From positions 64,001-128,000 of IMG/VR virus record IMGVR_UViG_3300021400_000138: a stretch of 64,000 nt of DNA; one strand, given 5' to 3'. The DNA is from a virus. Taxonomy: Duplodnaviria > Caudoviricetes. A program made the position numbers and the translations under genes. Below, piece by piece: positions 33,391 through 43,074 of this stretch; the stretch's first letter is position 1; the number at the start of each line of letters is the position of its first letter. Below the pieces are notes generated by a model that was not told the origin of the DNA, searched no databases, and saw only the letters and a list, made by a program, of their open reading frames with translations.

Positions 33391-33840
33391 ATGAAGATAT
33401 TAAAAAATAACTATAATGAATCTACTTGCGAATGTGAAAAGTGTGGTTCTGTTTTATGTATTAGCGAAGATGATTATTACATGGACGAAAACAACAATAC
33501 ATATTGGAGATGCCCACTTTGTAAAGCAAAAAATATTGTTAAAGAACCAGAAATAACTATTGAAACAATTAAGTTTCCGGAATCATTTCATGAGTTTTTG
33601 TCTGAAGAAAAAGGTGGAAATGCTACAGAAATTAAAGATGAAGAAACCAACGACTGGATTAAGGAGTGTTTAAAGTTTCTTAGAAGAAATCCAGATGAAA
33701 CATTTAGATATATTTCGTCTGGAGATACTTTTGTGGCGGTTTTTAAACATTATAGTGATGATGAATATCTTGCTATCGTAAGTAAAGATCACTATGAGTG
33801 TTATATACCTTTTGAAAATGAGGACTTTGAGTATGAATAA
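33391..33840 (+). CDS. zinc-ribbon hypothetical protein
   Basis: CEKCG...CPLC. Confidence 0.65.
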   Translation: MKILKNNYNESTCECEKCGSVLCISEDDYYMDENNNTYWRCPLCKAKNIVKEPEITIETIKFPESFHEFLSEEKGGNATEIKDEETNDWIKECLKFLRRNPDETFRYISSGDTFVAVFKHYSDDEYLAIVSKDHYECYIPFENEDFEYE

Positions 33841-34396
33841 AAAAATAATTTTATTGAATGGAAGTGCGGCGGCTGGAAAAGACACGTTTGCATCTATGAT
33901 TTCTTCAATCATACCCTCTATGTCATATTCCTCTGTCCAGTATGTTAAAGAAGCCGCAAAAGTTCTCGGCTGGGACGGAGTGACTAAGGATGAAAAGTCC
34001 AGAAAGTTTTTGTCGGATCTTAAGATTCTCGCCACAGAATATAATGATCATCCATACAAGATGTTATGTAAGGTGATTAATGATTTTTTACAAGATGATA
34101 TTCATGAATGGCTTTTTCTTCATGTTCGTGAACCTGGAGAAATTAGAAGATTGGTTAAGGTTTTCCCCGAAATTATTACGGTTCTGGTTATTAATCCGAA
34201 TGTTAGTCCTGTGACGAGTAATATGGCTGATGCAGGAGTGAATCACTACTATAGATATAACGAGAAGATTTTGAATGATGGCAGTCTTGCTGATCTTCAG
34301 AAGAAGGCGGAAGAATTTGTGAGGAAATATAGAATTGAAGACAGTAGAAGAAATGATACGGTCGAAAACTCCGGAAGGGTGGCAGAAGATTATTGA
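33833..34396 (+). CDS. deoxynucleoside monophosphate kinase-like protein
   Basis: LNGSAAAGKDT P-loop, LGWDG..KDEKSRKFLSDLK and HVREP motifs. Confidence 0.8.
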   Translation: MNKKIILLNGSAAAGKDTFASMISSIIPSMSYSSVQYVKEAAKVLGWDGVTKDEKSRKFLSDLKILATEYNDHPYKMLCKVINDFLQDDIHEWLFLHVREPGEIRRLVKVFPEIITVLVINPNVSPVTSNMADAGVNHYYRYNEKILNDGSLADLQKKAEEFVRKYRIEDSRRNDTVENSGRVAEDY

Positions 34397-34507
34397 TGAA
34401 GAAATGAAAAGATTAGGATTGAAATTTGTAAAAAGGGGGGGGGAAAGGTGTCGATTGTGGGCATCTTCTTCCTGAAGATTTTTAGATATAGAGGTGAATA
34501 ATAAAGA

Positions 34508-35314
34508 ATGAATGAAAGAGAAGAAATTTTAAGTAATCATAAATATAATATATGGCAGAGAAAGAATGGAAGTTGGCGATCTTATCTTCCAGATAAAACC
34601 AGAAAGAGCGGAAAGCGTGAAGTCGAGCGCATACATAAAGAAGACCTAGAAGATATAATAGTAGATTTTTATTTAAACCGAGAAAAATATGAAGCTGAAG
34701 CAGAAGAAAATGCCAGGATTATAGAAAAGACCAAAAAAGAAATAGAAGAATTTGAAACCAATAAATTATTAAAGGATGCTGCAACCTTTAAAGAGATTGA
34801 TATCTGGGATATAAAACCAACTTTATACTTAGCTAAACCTACTGGAGAAATTATATCTCGTGAAGCAAATAAGCCGATGAATTTCTATGTAGATGATACT
34901 ACTGAAACTTATGCTGGCTTGCATTATGTGGTATTAAGAACTAATGATGGGCCTAAGCGTTTTTGTGTACCAAGAATTATCTGTGCATTATTCAACGGCA
35001 TGCCACCAGAAGATATGAAAGATCCTACAGTAGATCATATTGACAAGAATTCGTTAAACGATTACTACCAAAATCTGCGCTGGATTGAACGAGAAGCAAA
35101 TTCTGCGATACGAGATAATCGCGCCACAGGCGAACTTAATGGTAGGGCATTGCTTACCACAAAAGATGTAATAGATATTTGTAATCTTTTGGTTAAGAAA
35201 GTAAAAACCGTACCTCAGATTGCCAGGATGTATGGGGTAAGTGATGGATGTATTAGAAACATTAAAGAAAAGAAAAATTGGAAATATATCACTCAATGTT
35301 TTCAGTTTGATTAA
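34508..35314 (+). CDS. HNH endonuclease with an integrase-like N-terminal domain and C-terminal HTH
   Basis: TVDHIDKNSLNDYYQNLRW HNH core and PQIARMYGVSDGCIRNIK HTH. The first ~55 aa align with the neighbouring integrase N-terminus. Confidence 0.8.
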   Translation: MNEREEILSNHKYNIWQRKNGSWRSYLPDKTRKSGKREVERIHKEDLEDIIVDFYLNREKYEAEAEENARIIEKTKKEIEEFETNKLLKDAATFKEIDIWDIKPTLYLAKPTGEIISREANKPMNFYVDDTTETYAGLHYVVLRTNDGPKRFCVPRIICALFNGMPPEDMKDPTVDHIDKNSLNDYYQNLRWIEREANSAIRDNRATGELNGRALLTTKDVIDICNLLVKKVKTVPQIARMYGVSDGCIRNIKEKKNWKYITQCFQFD

Positions 35315-35393
35315 CCATTTATATAGGAAGAGATTATTTTAGAAGAAGGGAGAATTTTAATTATAAGTTAAACTTTGATTAAATAAATATTAC

Positions 35394-36617
35394 ATGAAAG
35401 ATAAGAATTTGAAAGATAAAGATAAAAATGATATAATGTCTTCGCTAGGTATCAGCGAATATATTATGTTGAGTAAAAAGGAGAAATATTTAGATAAACA
35501 CAAGTATTCAATTTGGCAGAGTAAAGATGGAAAGTACTGGTACACTTATTTTCCAGATAAAACAAAAAAGACTGGATACAAACAAATAAGAAGACACTCG
35601 AAGTTGGAAATTGATTTAGAGATTATAAAATATTATGAATCTCTTTCAGAAAGAAAGCTAATAGAAGATGTCTTTATTGAATGGAATGATCATCGCCTGG
35701 AACTAAATAAGATTAGCAAATCTACTCATTTGCGAAATGAACAAATTTTTAATAAGCATTTTGGTGATATTGCACAAGATCCAATTGATGAAATGTCCCC
35801 TGATGATTTTTCTGATTTTCTTGAAGAACAGATACCAAAACATTCTTTAACTAGTAAAGCTTTTTCTAATCTCAAAGGAATAGTTAAAGGGATGTTGAAG
35901 CTTGCGAGAAAAAGAGGATACATAAACTATACAGCTGATGACGTATTTGCAATATTGGATATTTCAGACAGATCATTTAGAAAAGTTATTAAAGAAGATG
36001 AAGATGAGGTATATAATGAAGAAGAGATGGAGATTATTCTGAAATATCTCACCGATAACAAAGATCCCAAAAATCTTGGTATTCTTCTTATGTTTGTGAC
36101 CGGAATACGAGTTGGAGAACTTGTTGCCTTGAAACATTCTGATTTTCAAGATAATGTTGTTAAAATCAGAAGGACAGAAACAAGAGTTCCAAAAGAAGAA
36201 AGATCTGGATCAGATTATATTGTGAAGGAATTCCCAAAATCTGCCGCCGGAGTACGATCAGTTGTTATTCCTGAAGAATTTCTATGGCTTGCCCAGGTTT
36301 TATCTTATGGCGAACCAGACGAATTCGTTTTTATTAATGAAGAAGGAGATAGGCTTACAACAAACGCCATCAGGAGAAGGCTTGAAAGAGTTTGCAAATA
36401 TCTTGGCATTAAGCAAAAGTCTCCACATAAGATAAGGAAGACATACGGATCGATACTTCTGGATAATAATGTGGACAATAATCTGATAAAAGGACAGATG
36501 GGACATACAGATATCGGATGTACTGAGACACATTATCACCGGAATCGGAAAGATAACGAAAAAAAATCTGAGATCATAAGCAATATCCCAGATTTTAAAG
36601 CTGTTAGTAACTTATAA
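35394..36617 (+). CDS. int: tyrosine integrase
   Basis: TGIRVGEL (R), PKS (K), HKIRKTY (HxxR), QMGHTD and THYH (Y) catalytic residues. Confidence 0.93.
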   Translation: MKDKNLKDKDKNDIMSSLGISEYIMLSKKEKYLDKHKYSIWQSKDGKYWYTYFPDKTKKTGYKQIRRHSKLEIDLEIIKYYESLSERKLIEDVFIEWNDHRLELNKISKSTHLRNEQIFNKHFGDIAQDPIDEMSPDDFSDFLEEQIPKHSLTSKAFSNLKGIVKGMLKLARKRGYINYTADDVFAILDISDRSFRKVIKEDEDEVYNEEEMEIILKYLTDNKDPKNLGILLMFVTGIRVGELVALKHSDFQDNVVKIRRTETRVPKEERSGSDYIVKEFPKSAAGVRSVVIPEEFLWLAQVLSYGEPDEFVFINEEGDRLTTNAIRRRLERVCKYLGIKQKSPHKIRKTYGSILLDNNVDNNLIKGQMGHTDIGCTETHYHRNRKDNEKKSEIISNIPDFKAVSNL

Positions 36618-36630
36618 ATAATTAAGAAGA

Positions 36631-36790
36631 ATCTCTTAACGATCTCTTAATTTTAGCCTATTGATGAGCTAAAAGCCCTGAAAATAGGCAAAAGAAAAGC
36701 TGCTGACGGGAATCGGAGAAGTGACCGCATGGCTTGAAAGCCCGTAAAATAGGCATTCTTTAAAAAAATAATCTTTTAACGTTTTTAACG
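36631..36790. other. attP region: tRNA 3'-end core with flanking arm-type repeats
   Basis: 36698-36717 reads TCCGATTCCCGTCAGCAGCT on the - strand (T-loop to acceptor stem, Thr-like). Direct repeats AAAGCCC..AAAATAGGCA at 36672 and 36737. ATCT(C/T)TTAA repeats at 36631, 36642 and 36771. Confidence 0.75.
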
Positions 36791-36841
36791 GCCAATAATC
36801 AGGAGGTCATAGCTGATATCTAGCAAATTTCAGCCGACCAG

Positions 36842-36893
36842 AAAAGCATATATGAAAGAATAGTTCTCATCATATTTTTTCATATATGCTTTT
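36842..36893. terminator. long inverted repeat, probable terminator between attP and the DUF262 gene
   Basis: AAAAGCATATATGAAA ... TTTCATATATGCTTTT. Confidence 0.6.
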
Positions 36894-37004
36894 TTATATC
36901 ACCACAGCGATACCTCGCCAAATTGTACTTTTTTCAATACAATCCTCATCTTATATACAAAAATTATTATTCTCCTTTATAATTAAATAAAAAGGAGGTA
37001 CATC

Positions 37005-38000
37005 ATGATAAATCTAAAATCTTCATCCTGGAATCCAAAACGTCTTTGCACTCAAATAGAAAAAGGTAATGCATCATTCGATAACGAGATCCAAAGAGCA
37101 GCAGTATGGAATGCCACTCAGAAATCTCTCCTCATTCATAGCATGATAATAGGCTATCCAATTCCGCCACTTTATGCAACACAGAATGACAAGATCATAG
37201 ACTTTCTTGACGGTAAACAACGTTCACTGGCGATATATGATTTCCGCAATAATAAACTGGCACTTCGTGAACTTCCGGAAATCAAAACAGATGATGGGCC
37301 AGTTGATATTACTGGTATGAAATATAAAGATCTTCCAGAAGAACTGAAAGATTCTTTTGACAACTATTCCCTAACCATCACAATCATGGATAATATTACC
37401 CGTGAAGAATCCGAAGAAATATTTTTCCGTCTCAACAACGGTACGGCGCTAAAAACAGCGGATAAAAACTTCGCCAAGGCTATATCTAAAGACAGCATCA
37501 TAAAACTATGTGAACACGAAATATTTGAACGTGCATTAACTAAGAATGCCCAGGCTAAACTTGCCCAAAGACCAATAGTTATACAATCCATAATGTTGTT
37601 ATCTGGTCAACACAATCTTTCTGCACGACAAATGGCCGAGTTTTTATCACAACATAAAATCACCAACGATGAATATGAACAAATTTCTTCTTTATACGAC
37701 AGATTAGATACAATCGCCGCAAGTATTGCTTCGGACGAAAATATAGCCACTACACAGCGCAAAAAGACCATACGTCATTTACTAAGCAGAACAAATCTTC
37801 CATCTGTACTTCCGCTTATGAGTTCCACAGAAGATGATGATAAACTACAAGGTTTCTTCGCAAAATTTTTCGGTAGTGATTCAAAATCTTCGATTAATGA
37901 AAGTTACAACGAAGCTTGCGGAGCGGGATCAACTCATTTGAGTAACGTAGAAAGAAGATTGGATATTCTAGACAAAGAATTCAAAAAAATAAAATCGTAA
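37005..38000 (+). CDS. DUF262 (GmrSD N-terminal / ParB-like) domain protein
   Basis: IQR..VW...KSLLIHS...YPIP, LDGKQR and IFFRLNNG motifs, with AAGGAGG RBS. Confidence 0.85.
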   Translation: MINLKSSSWNPKRLCTQIEKGNASFDNEIQRAAVWNATQKSLLIHSMIIGYPIPPLYATQNDKIIDFLDGKQRSLAIYDFRNNKLALRELPEIKTDDGPVDITGMKYKDLPEELKDSFDNYSLTITIMDNITREESEEIFFRLNNGTALKTADKNFAKAISKDSIIKLCEHEIFERALTKNAQAKLAQRPIVIQSIMLLSGQHNLSARQMAEFLSQHKITNDEYEQISSLYDRLDTIAASIASDENIATTQRKKTIRHLLSRTNLPSVLPLMSSTEDDDKLQGFFAKFFGSDSKSSINESYNEACGAGSTHLSNVERRLDILDKEFKKIKS

Positions 38001-38005
38001 AAAAT

Positions 38006-38030
38006 GGGGTAGGACATATAATCCTACCCC
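38006..38030. terminator. hairpin terminator between the convergent early and late blocks
   Basis: GGGGTAGGA-7 nt-TCCTACCCC flanked by A/T tracts. Confidence 0.8.
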
Positions 38031-38073
38031 TTAAAATATTGTATCTGATATCACATATAATATTTGTTAAGTA

Positions 38074-38409
38074 TTACTTTTCTTCAATCTTATCTTTGTC
38101 TTTATTGAAAATCTTATCAAGCTGAGTATAAGCGTATTTCTGCGCCGCATCAAATGTGGCCTATACCAGTCCACGAATAGTTTCTTTGGTAAAGATTACT
38201 CTCATTGGCGCAGGAATTTTATCAAAAATAAATGAGACCACAAACTCTTGTTTGATAGATCCAGCCTTCATTACCGAGGAGTATTCCATCTCAGCTTCAC
38301 AAATTTTTTCTTGCGCCATTTCAATAATGTTGGTGCGGGTTTTAAGATAAACGACAATAAATCCAAGTAAAATCCATGCGATATTCAGCAATACTGTTCC
38401 AATATTCAT
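38074..38409 (-). CDS. holin-like protein (111 aa with TAG=Gln)
   Basis: Single N-terminal TM helix. One TAG (38161) reads through to TAA 38074. Confidence 0.65.
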
Positions 38410-38422
38410 AAATCATTCCTCC

Positions 38423-38941
38423 TTAATACGTTGGAAATCCACTTTCAAGATATTCCGCATAGCGTTTCTTTATATATGCAATAGCAAGATCAACCTGTCC
38501 ATTTTCTAAATGATTTTCTACCAAAATCTTTTCATACTTGTCATATGTGGAAAGAATATGATCGAAATTTTCTTTGGAGTAATCCCGTTTTTGACATGCG
38601 TTACCAAAATCAAGTATCTCATATCTCATGCGTTCAATCTTGTCATCCAACATTGATTTCTTTATTCCATCAAGAGCGTCCATAATATTAGTTTGAAACT
38701 TTTTCATTTCTTCGTGATCAGATTCCTAGAGCTATTTAAGTTCTTGAGTCTCTTCTTCAATTTTATTAATCTTTTCACTCTACTCCTTTTCTCTCCGAGA
38801 TGCATTGGTACTAATACCAAACCTCTCTTTAAAATAGTCAAACAACTTAACAATCAACTAAAAAAATAACAACGCCGCCAAAATGGTAACAATAATTTCA
38901 CCTTTGTTACCAACAGATAATAATTGATTTAGCTCATCCAT
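38423..38941 (-). CDS. holin-like membrane/coiled-coil lysis-module protein (172 aa with TAG=Gln)
   Basis: AAGGAG RBS, ATG 38941 and a TM helix. Four in-frame TAGs (38858, 38780, 38732, 38726) precede the 94-aa fragment in the ORF track. Confidence 0.7.
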
Positions 38942-39018
38942 GACTCACTCCTTTCTAGACTTTACAATAAGTTAATTCCTTTTACTCAATATGATAAATT
39001 AAGAAATTAAATAACTTC

Positions 39019-39555
39019 TTAATTATCTTCTTTGTCATTATCAACTTTAACATTGGTTGTTTCATCCATAAAACTTAATACGCTAAGAAGATCATAATCT
39101 AACGAGGTATCATTTGGCAAACTATCAACAAAATCATCAATGTTAATTGTTGAAATTTCAATATCATTTTGTTCTCCCAATATTTCCTGTAACTTTTCAT
39201 TCAAATCGTTTACAGCGTTTGAATATTCATCATAATACTCATCTTTAATTTTTCTCATCTGAACCGTTTCTTCTGTTCCATCTTCTTTAAGAATAGGATT
39301 CCCATCGTCATCTTTTTTTACCTCGTAATATTCGGTTGATTTTTCTTCTGTAAAATATTTTCCTTGTAGTTCTTTTACCAGGCCGTCCCTAAATTCTTCA
39401 AAAGTTTTTACAATTGGTACAATTCTATCTATATTTTTTTTTAAATACCAACGCATTTTTGTCGGCAAGCTTTTTAATTGATCCTCTTCAACATTATTAA
39501 TAAATGCACAAATGTTAACAATGTCATACGTAGTAAATGTTTTAGTAATATTCAT
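39019..39555 (-). CDS. hypothetical late protein
   Basis: 178 aa, AAGGAG RBS, no TAG. Confidence 0.75.
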   Translation of the reverse strand: MNITKTFTTYDIVNICAFINNVEEDQLKSLPTKMRWYLKKNIDRIVPIVKTFEEFRDGLVKELQGKYFTEEKSTEYYEVKKDDDGNPILKEDGTEETVQMRKIKDEYYDEYSNAVNDLNEKLQEILGEQNDIEISTINIDDFVDSLPNDTSLDYDLLSVLSFMDETTNVKVDNDKEDN

Positions 39556-39585
39556 AATTAATTCTCCTTTTTATTTCATAATAAT

Positions 39586-40509
39586 TTAGATTAAATACAT
39601 AAAGTTCATTCTTAGAGATCTTCCGCTAGAAATAGCAGTCCTTGTAAAGATTCCAGTTGTTGTATTGCCGCCAATTGTGATTCTATGTAATTCAACCGGA
39701 ATGTATCCGTCAACGGTACTAAAAATTAAAACAGGTGTATTATTTGAAACATCGCCTATATTTGGCAGGCCTTTTACAATGTCTGAAAGAACGGGAACTT
39801 CTGTAGTAATATTTAATTGAGCACAGAATCCAACAAAATTTTCATTCTTTATGCATTTATAATTAAGTGTTCCATAATCTGTAGTAATACCAGTTGTTAT
39901 TTTCTCTGCACCCCCGCTTATGTTCAATGAAGCGATTGCTTCCTATATGGTTTGTGGTTTCCCCGCCAACACAGATTCACTATATTGTTCAACGATAGCT
40001 TTTGCTAAAACACTATAATCAACTTTTTTTGCGCCATTGTTTGATGTTATCGCAATCGCATCAGAATTAGAAATTGTTGTTTGACTTTGTAATCCACTTA
40101 ATGAATTACTTAAAACATCTTTAGCAGCTATCTTATTTAATGTAGTTCCTCCTTTACTCACTAATAGATAATCAGATGCTGGAGTAATTGAAGATGCAGT
40201 TGATACACCGTTTATGTCCTAAAATGTAACATATGATTTCGTTGAATCAAACGATAATTTCTCAAAAATTGCATTACATATATCTGGAAATTGAATTCTT
40301 TTTACTTTGCTTCCATCAGATATAAAAACATAGTAACTGTCTGGAATTATAGTTGATGCAGCTACTGTATTAATATCTCTACTTCCAGCCAAACTACCAT
40401 TTATTTCATTGGTAAATGTTGCATTGCCAGTAAATGTAGCATTTTTGGCGGTTAATTCCTATGTTTCAATTGCTTCAGCAACCAAGTTATCATAACGTGC
40501 ATCGGCCAT
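39586..40509 (-). CDS. putative tail-fibre-associated structural protein (307 aa with TAG=Gln)
   Basis: AGGAGGTG RBS and ATG 40509. TAGs at 40459, 40219 and 39943 join the fragments in one frame to TAA. Confidence 0.7.
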
Positions 40510-40541
40510 ATATTCTCACCTCCTAATCATTGGTTGTCTTA

Positions 40542-41129
40542 TTAACCTTTTAACTCATTATACATGCGAACAATTTGATCATACATTAACGAGATATTTG
40601 TGTTATAGTTACGGCAATTAGTTTCAGAAAGACTTGCCGTTTCGGCAGCTTCCGCCGCATTAGTTGCAAGTGTTACAAAATTTTGCCTAGTTGATTCCAC
40701 TCGATTAAGAAGCGCATTAATTGCTGCACTTTGCACTGGTGAAATAGCATCTTGGTCTTCTTGATTTAAAAAATTATCTTTGATAATAATCTTTGAAAAT
40801 TCATCGCTTACATATATCGCTTGACTTTGATCAAACGTATCTTCAGTAATTTCATATGCTAAATCAGTTACAATTAATATCATTGTCCATCTACCGGGGT
40901 ACACTGTTAATGAAGATGTAATTTCATAATAGTCATCAACTATTGGCTCAATAAAGTACTTATTCAAGGTGGGATTTTTTAAAGCAATATAAAAATTCCC
41001 GTCCAATGTTCCATCGTAAGTAAAATGAAATCGTATTGTTTGATTATCATATTTATTAATCAATATTTTTTCTGTACAAGTTAACTGTTTTCCAACCTGT
41101 ACAATCTCAAAATCTTTATATGTTATCAT
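40542..41129 (-). CDS. baseplate/BppU-like N-terminal domain protein
   Basis: Beta-rich N-terminus (YPGRWTMIL) plus helical tail, in the late module. Confidence 0.5.
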   Translation of the reverse strand: MITYKDFEIVQVGKQLTCTEKILINKYDNQTIRFHFTYDGTLDGNFYIALKNPTLNKYFIEPIVDDYYEITSSLTVYPGRWTMILIVTDLAYEITEDTFDQSQAIYVSDEFSKIIIKDNFLNQEDQDAISPVQSAAINALLNRVESTRQNFVTLATNAAEAAETASLSETNCRNYNTNISLMYDQIVRMYNELKG

Positions 41130-41491
41130 GGAGTAATATCCTCCTTTTCTATGCGTTTTATAACAGGAATGGTATTTTTGGCAATTGTATTTTCTATATT
41201 TCCTTTCTTAAGAAATACAAATAAATTAATGTCATTCCCTTCTTTTAACAAATCATTAGGAATTTTTGTTTTTACTGTATTTTTATTTAACGTTGATGTG
41301 GCAACCGTAGCCTTTTTACTATTTTTTGTCCAAAAATGAATTTCAATTTCAATATTTTCAATTTCGGAAAGGACAGTGAATTTATTCTCTGGTTTTAATA
41401 CGATAATAATTTCTTGATTTTTATCCCATTGATATAGGTATTCTAGTTTTTCACCTGATAATTTTTTGATAATACAATCCAAAGTATTCAC
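41126..41491 (-). CDS. hypothetical virion protein
   Basis: LYQWDKNQ...IHFW...IPNDLL...IPVIKR motif common in Firmicutes phage tail proteins. Confidence 0.6.
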   Translation of the reverse strand: MNTLDCIIKKLSGEKLEYLYQWDKNQEIIIVLKPENKFTVLSEIENIEIEIHFWTKNSKKATVATSTLNKNTVKTKIPNDLLKEGNDINLFVFLKKGNIENTIAKNTIPVIKRIEKEDITP

Positions 41492-41500
41492 TTCCTTTCT

Positions 41501-43033
41501 TTATTTTAGATTATTTCCCACCATAAAGCCTGTGGTTCCCTGATAAGATACTTTATACCAGGTTTGTCCCGCAGAATTCTTGACCTTTTCAAGGGCGGTA
41601 AGTTTATCTCCTTTGCCAAGTGTAAGTAGAATAGTATATGTTTTATCCGTGCCATTACGGATATATCCGGGGGACTTTTTGATTGTCATGGTTTTTGGAT
41701 ATTCGGGTTTAGTTGAATTGATAACTTCTATAATCTTATTCCAAGTAATCGGACCAACAACTGAATCTTGATCAAGATAATGCTTCTGCTGAAATCTTCT
41801 CACGGCACTAGCCGTTAATTCCCCGAAATCTCCATCAACATCAAGATCCTCACCAAGTTGATTCAGATACTTTTGAAGTTTTTCAACATAAGAACCTTCA
41901 GAACCCTTCTTGAGAAGAGGATATGAATCCACAATATTTTCTGATGGGAGAGGAATAGAAGCGGAACTCCCAGAATCCGAAGCTACAGAAGAGCCACTAA
42001 CAAGCGCAGCTTTAAAAGCATTCCATTTGTTTTCGTTATAATCCGGTCCAATAGTTGGTATCCAACCTGAAACTCCTGGGCAATTTTTACCGCTTACGTT
42101 CCAATGCCTAATAACGTTTTCAATTGGAATATTATATTCTTTCATTAAATATTTTGTAAGTTTAATAAGATTTTGAATAGTCTTTTCTTTAAAATGCCAT
42201 CCAGAAGAATCTTGATAACAACAAGTTTCAATGCCCATAGAATTGCTATTCATACAAATTCTAAAATGACTTCCGCCAGCGCCACCATAATAAGAATCTC
42301 CGCAATGCCAACTATAATATTTTCTTGGATTTGGATTATATTCGCAAATGTCATTTTCATCAACAAAATAATCTGCGGAAGCAGATCTATCGCCTCCATT
42401 AAAATAAGATATATTGTTACGAGCTGTGCCAGAACTAGCCGTATAATGAATTACAATATACTTTGGTTGTACACCTCTGGTAGATACATTACATCCCTGG
42501 AAACCAGTATTTCTTACGATATTAATAGATTCTTCATCTTTTTTATTTTTATCTGGATCAATAACCACAGTGTCATATTTTGTCAGTCCATAAGTAGTAA
42601 TAACTCTATATACATTCTCAACATAATCCAGAGAAGTTGCATATCCATCGGCACGAATAAGTTCAAGATATCTATGAGGATCTATTACGCCTTTAAGATT
42701 TGCGTAATTGCTCGTATTAATGAACTGAAAATACCCCTCAACACCTTTCTCCATATTTTTAAAAGCGTACCATTGATCAGTAATTTTATAATACGACCCG
42801 TCAGCGTTCTGCTCTGCGGAACCATCAACAAATGTCCCATCATTACAGGATACTCTTCCTGGTCTGTATTTGAGTCCAAAATAATTATGATGTTGTGCTT
42901 TTGAAGAAGTACCAAAGGCGGATTCTAAACAAGCTTGCGCTATGATTGGCGAGGCTACTTCGATTCCATATTTTGGCCCGATCTTCTAAACATATGGAGC
43001 GATTTTCTAAATGAAATCAGTTTGTTTACTCAT
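41501..43033 (-). CDS. endolysin: GH73 glucosaminidase + Amidase_2 + PG-binding + SH3-like (510 aa with TAG=Gln)
   Basis: AAAGGA RBS and ATG 43033, with TAG at codons 9 and 16. IIAQACLES..G, NYFGLK and GYATS (GH73); IVIHYT, SWHCG, GIE, IRHW..SGKNCP (amidase); VDGDFG..T..AVRRFQ (PG-binding). Confidence 0.9.
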
Positions 43034-43074
43034 ATACATCATTCCTTTCATAAACAAAAAAGAAGAGGCTAAAA

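Noticed and set aside
36698-36717. Complete tRNA gene
   Set aside because: Only the T-loop and 3' acceptor strand are present, with no D or anticodon arm.
140-37591. Short - strand ORFs across the early region
   Set aside because: They overlap well-supported + strand genes and have atypical composition.
42173-42904. 243-aa + strand ORF
   Set aside because: Antisense shadow of the endolysin, with no RBS or recognisable motif.
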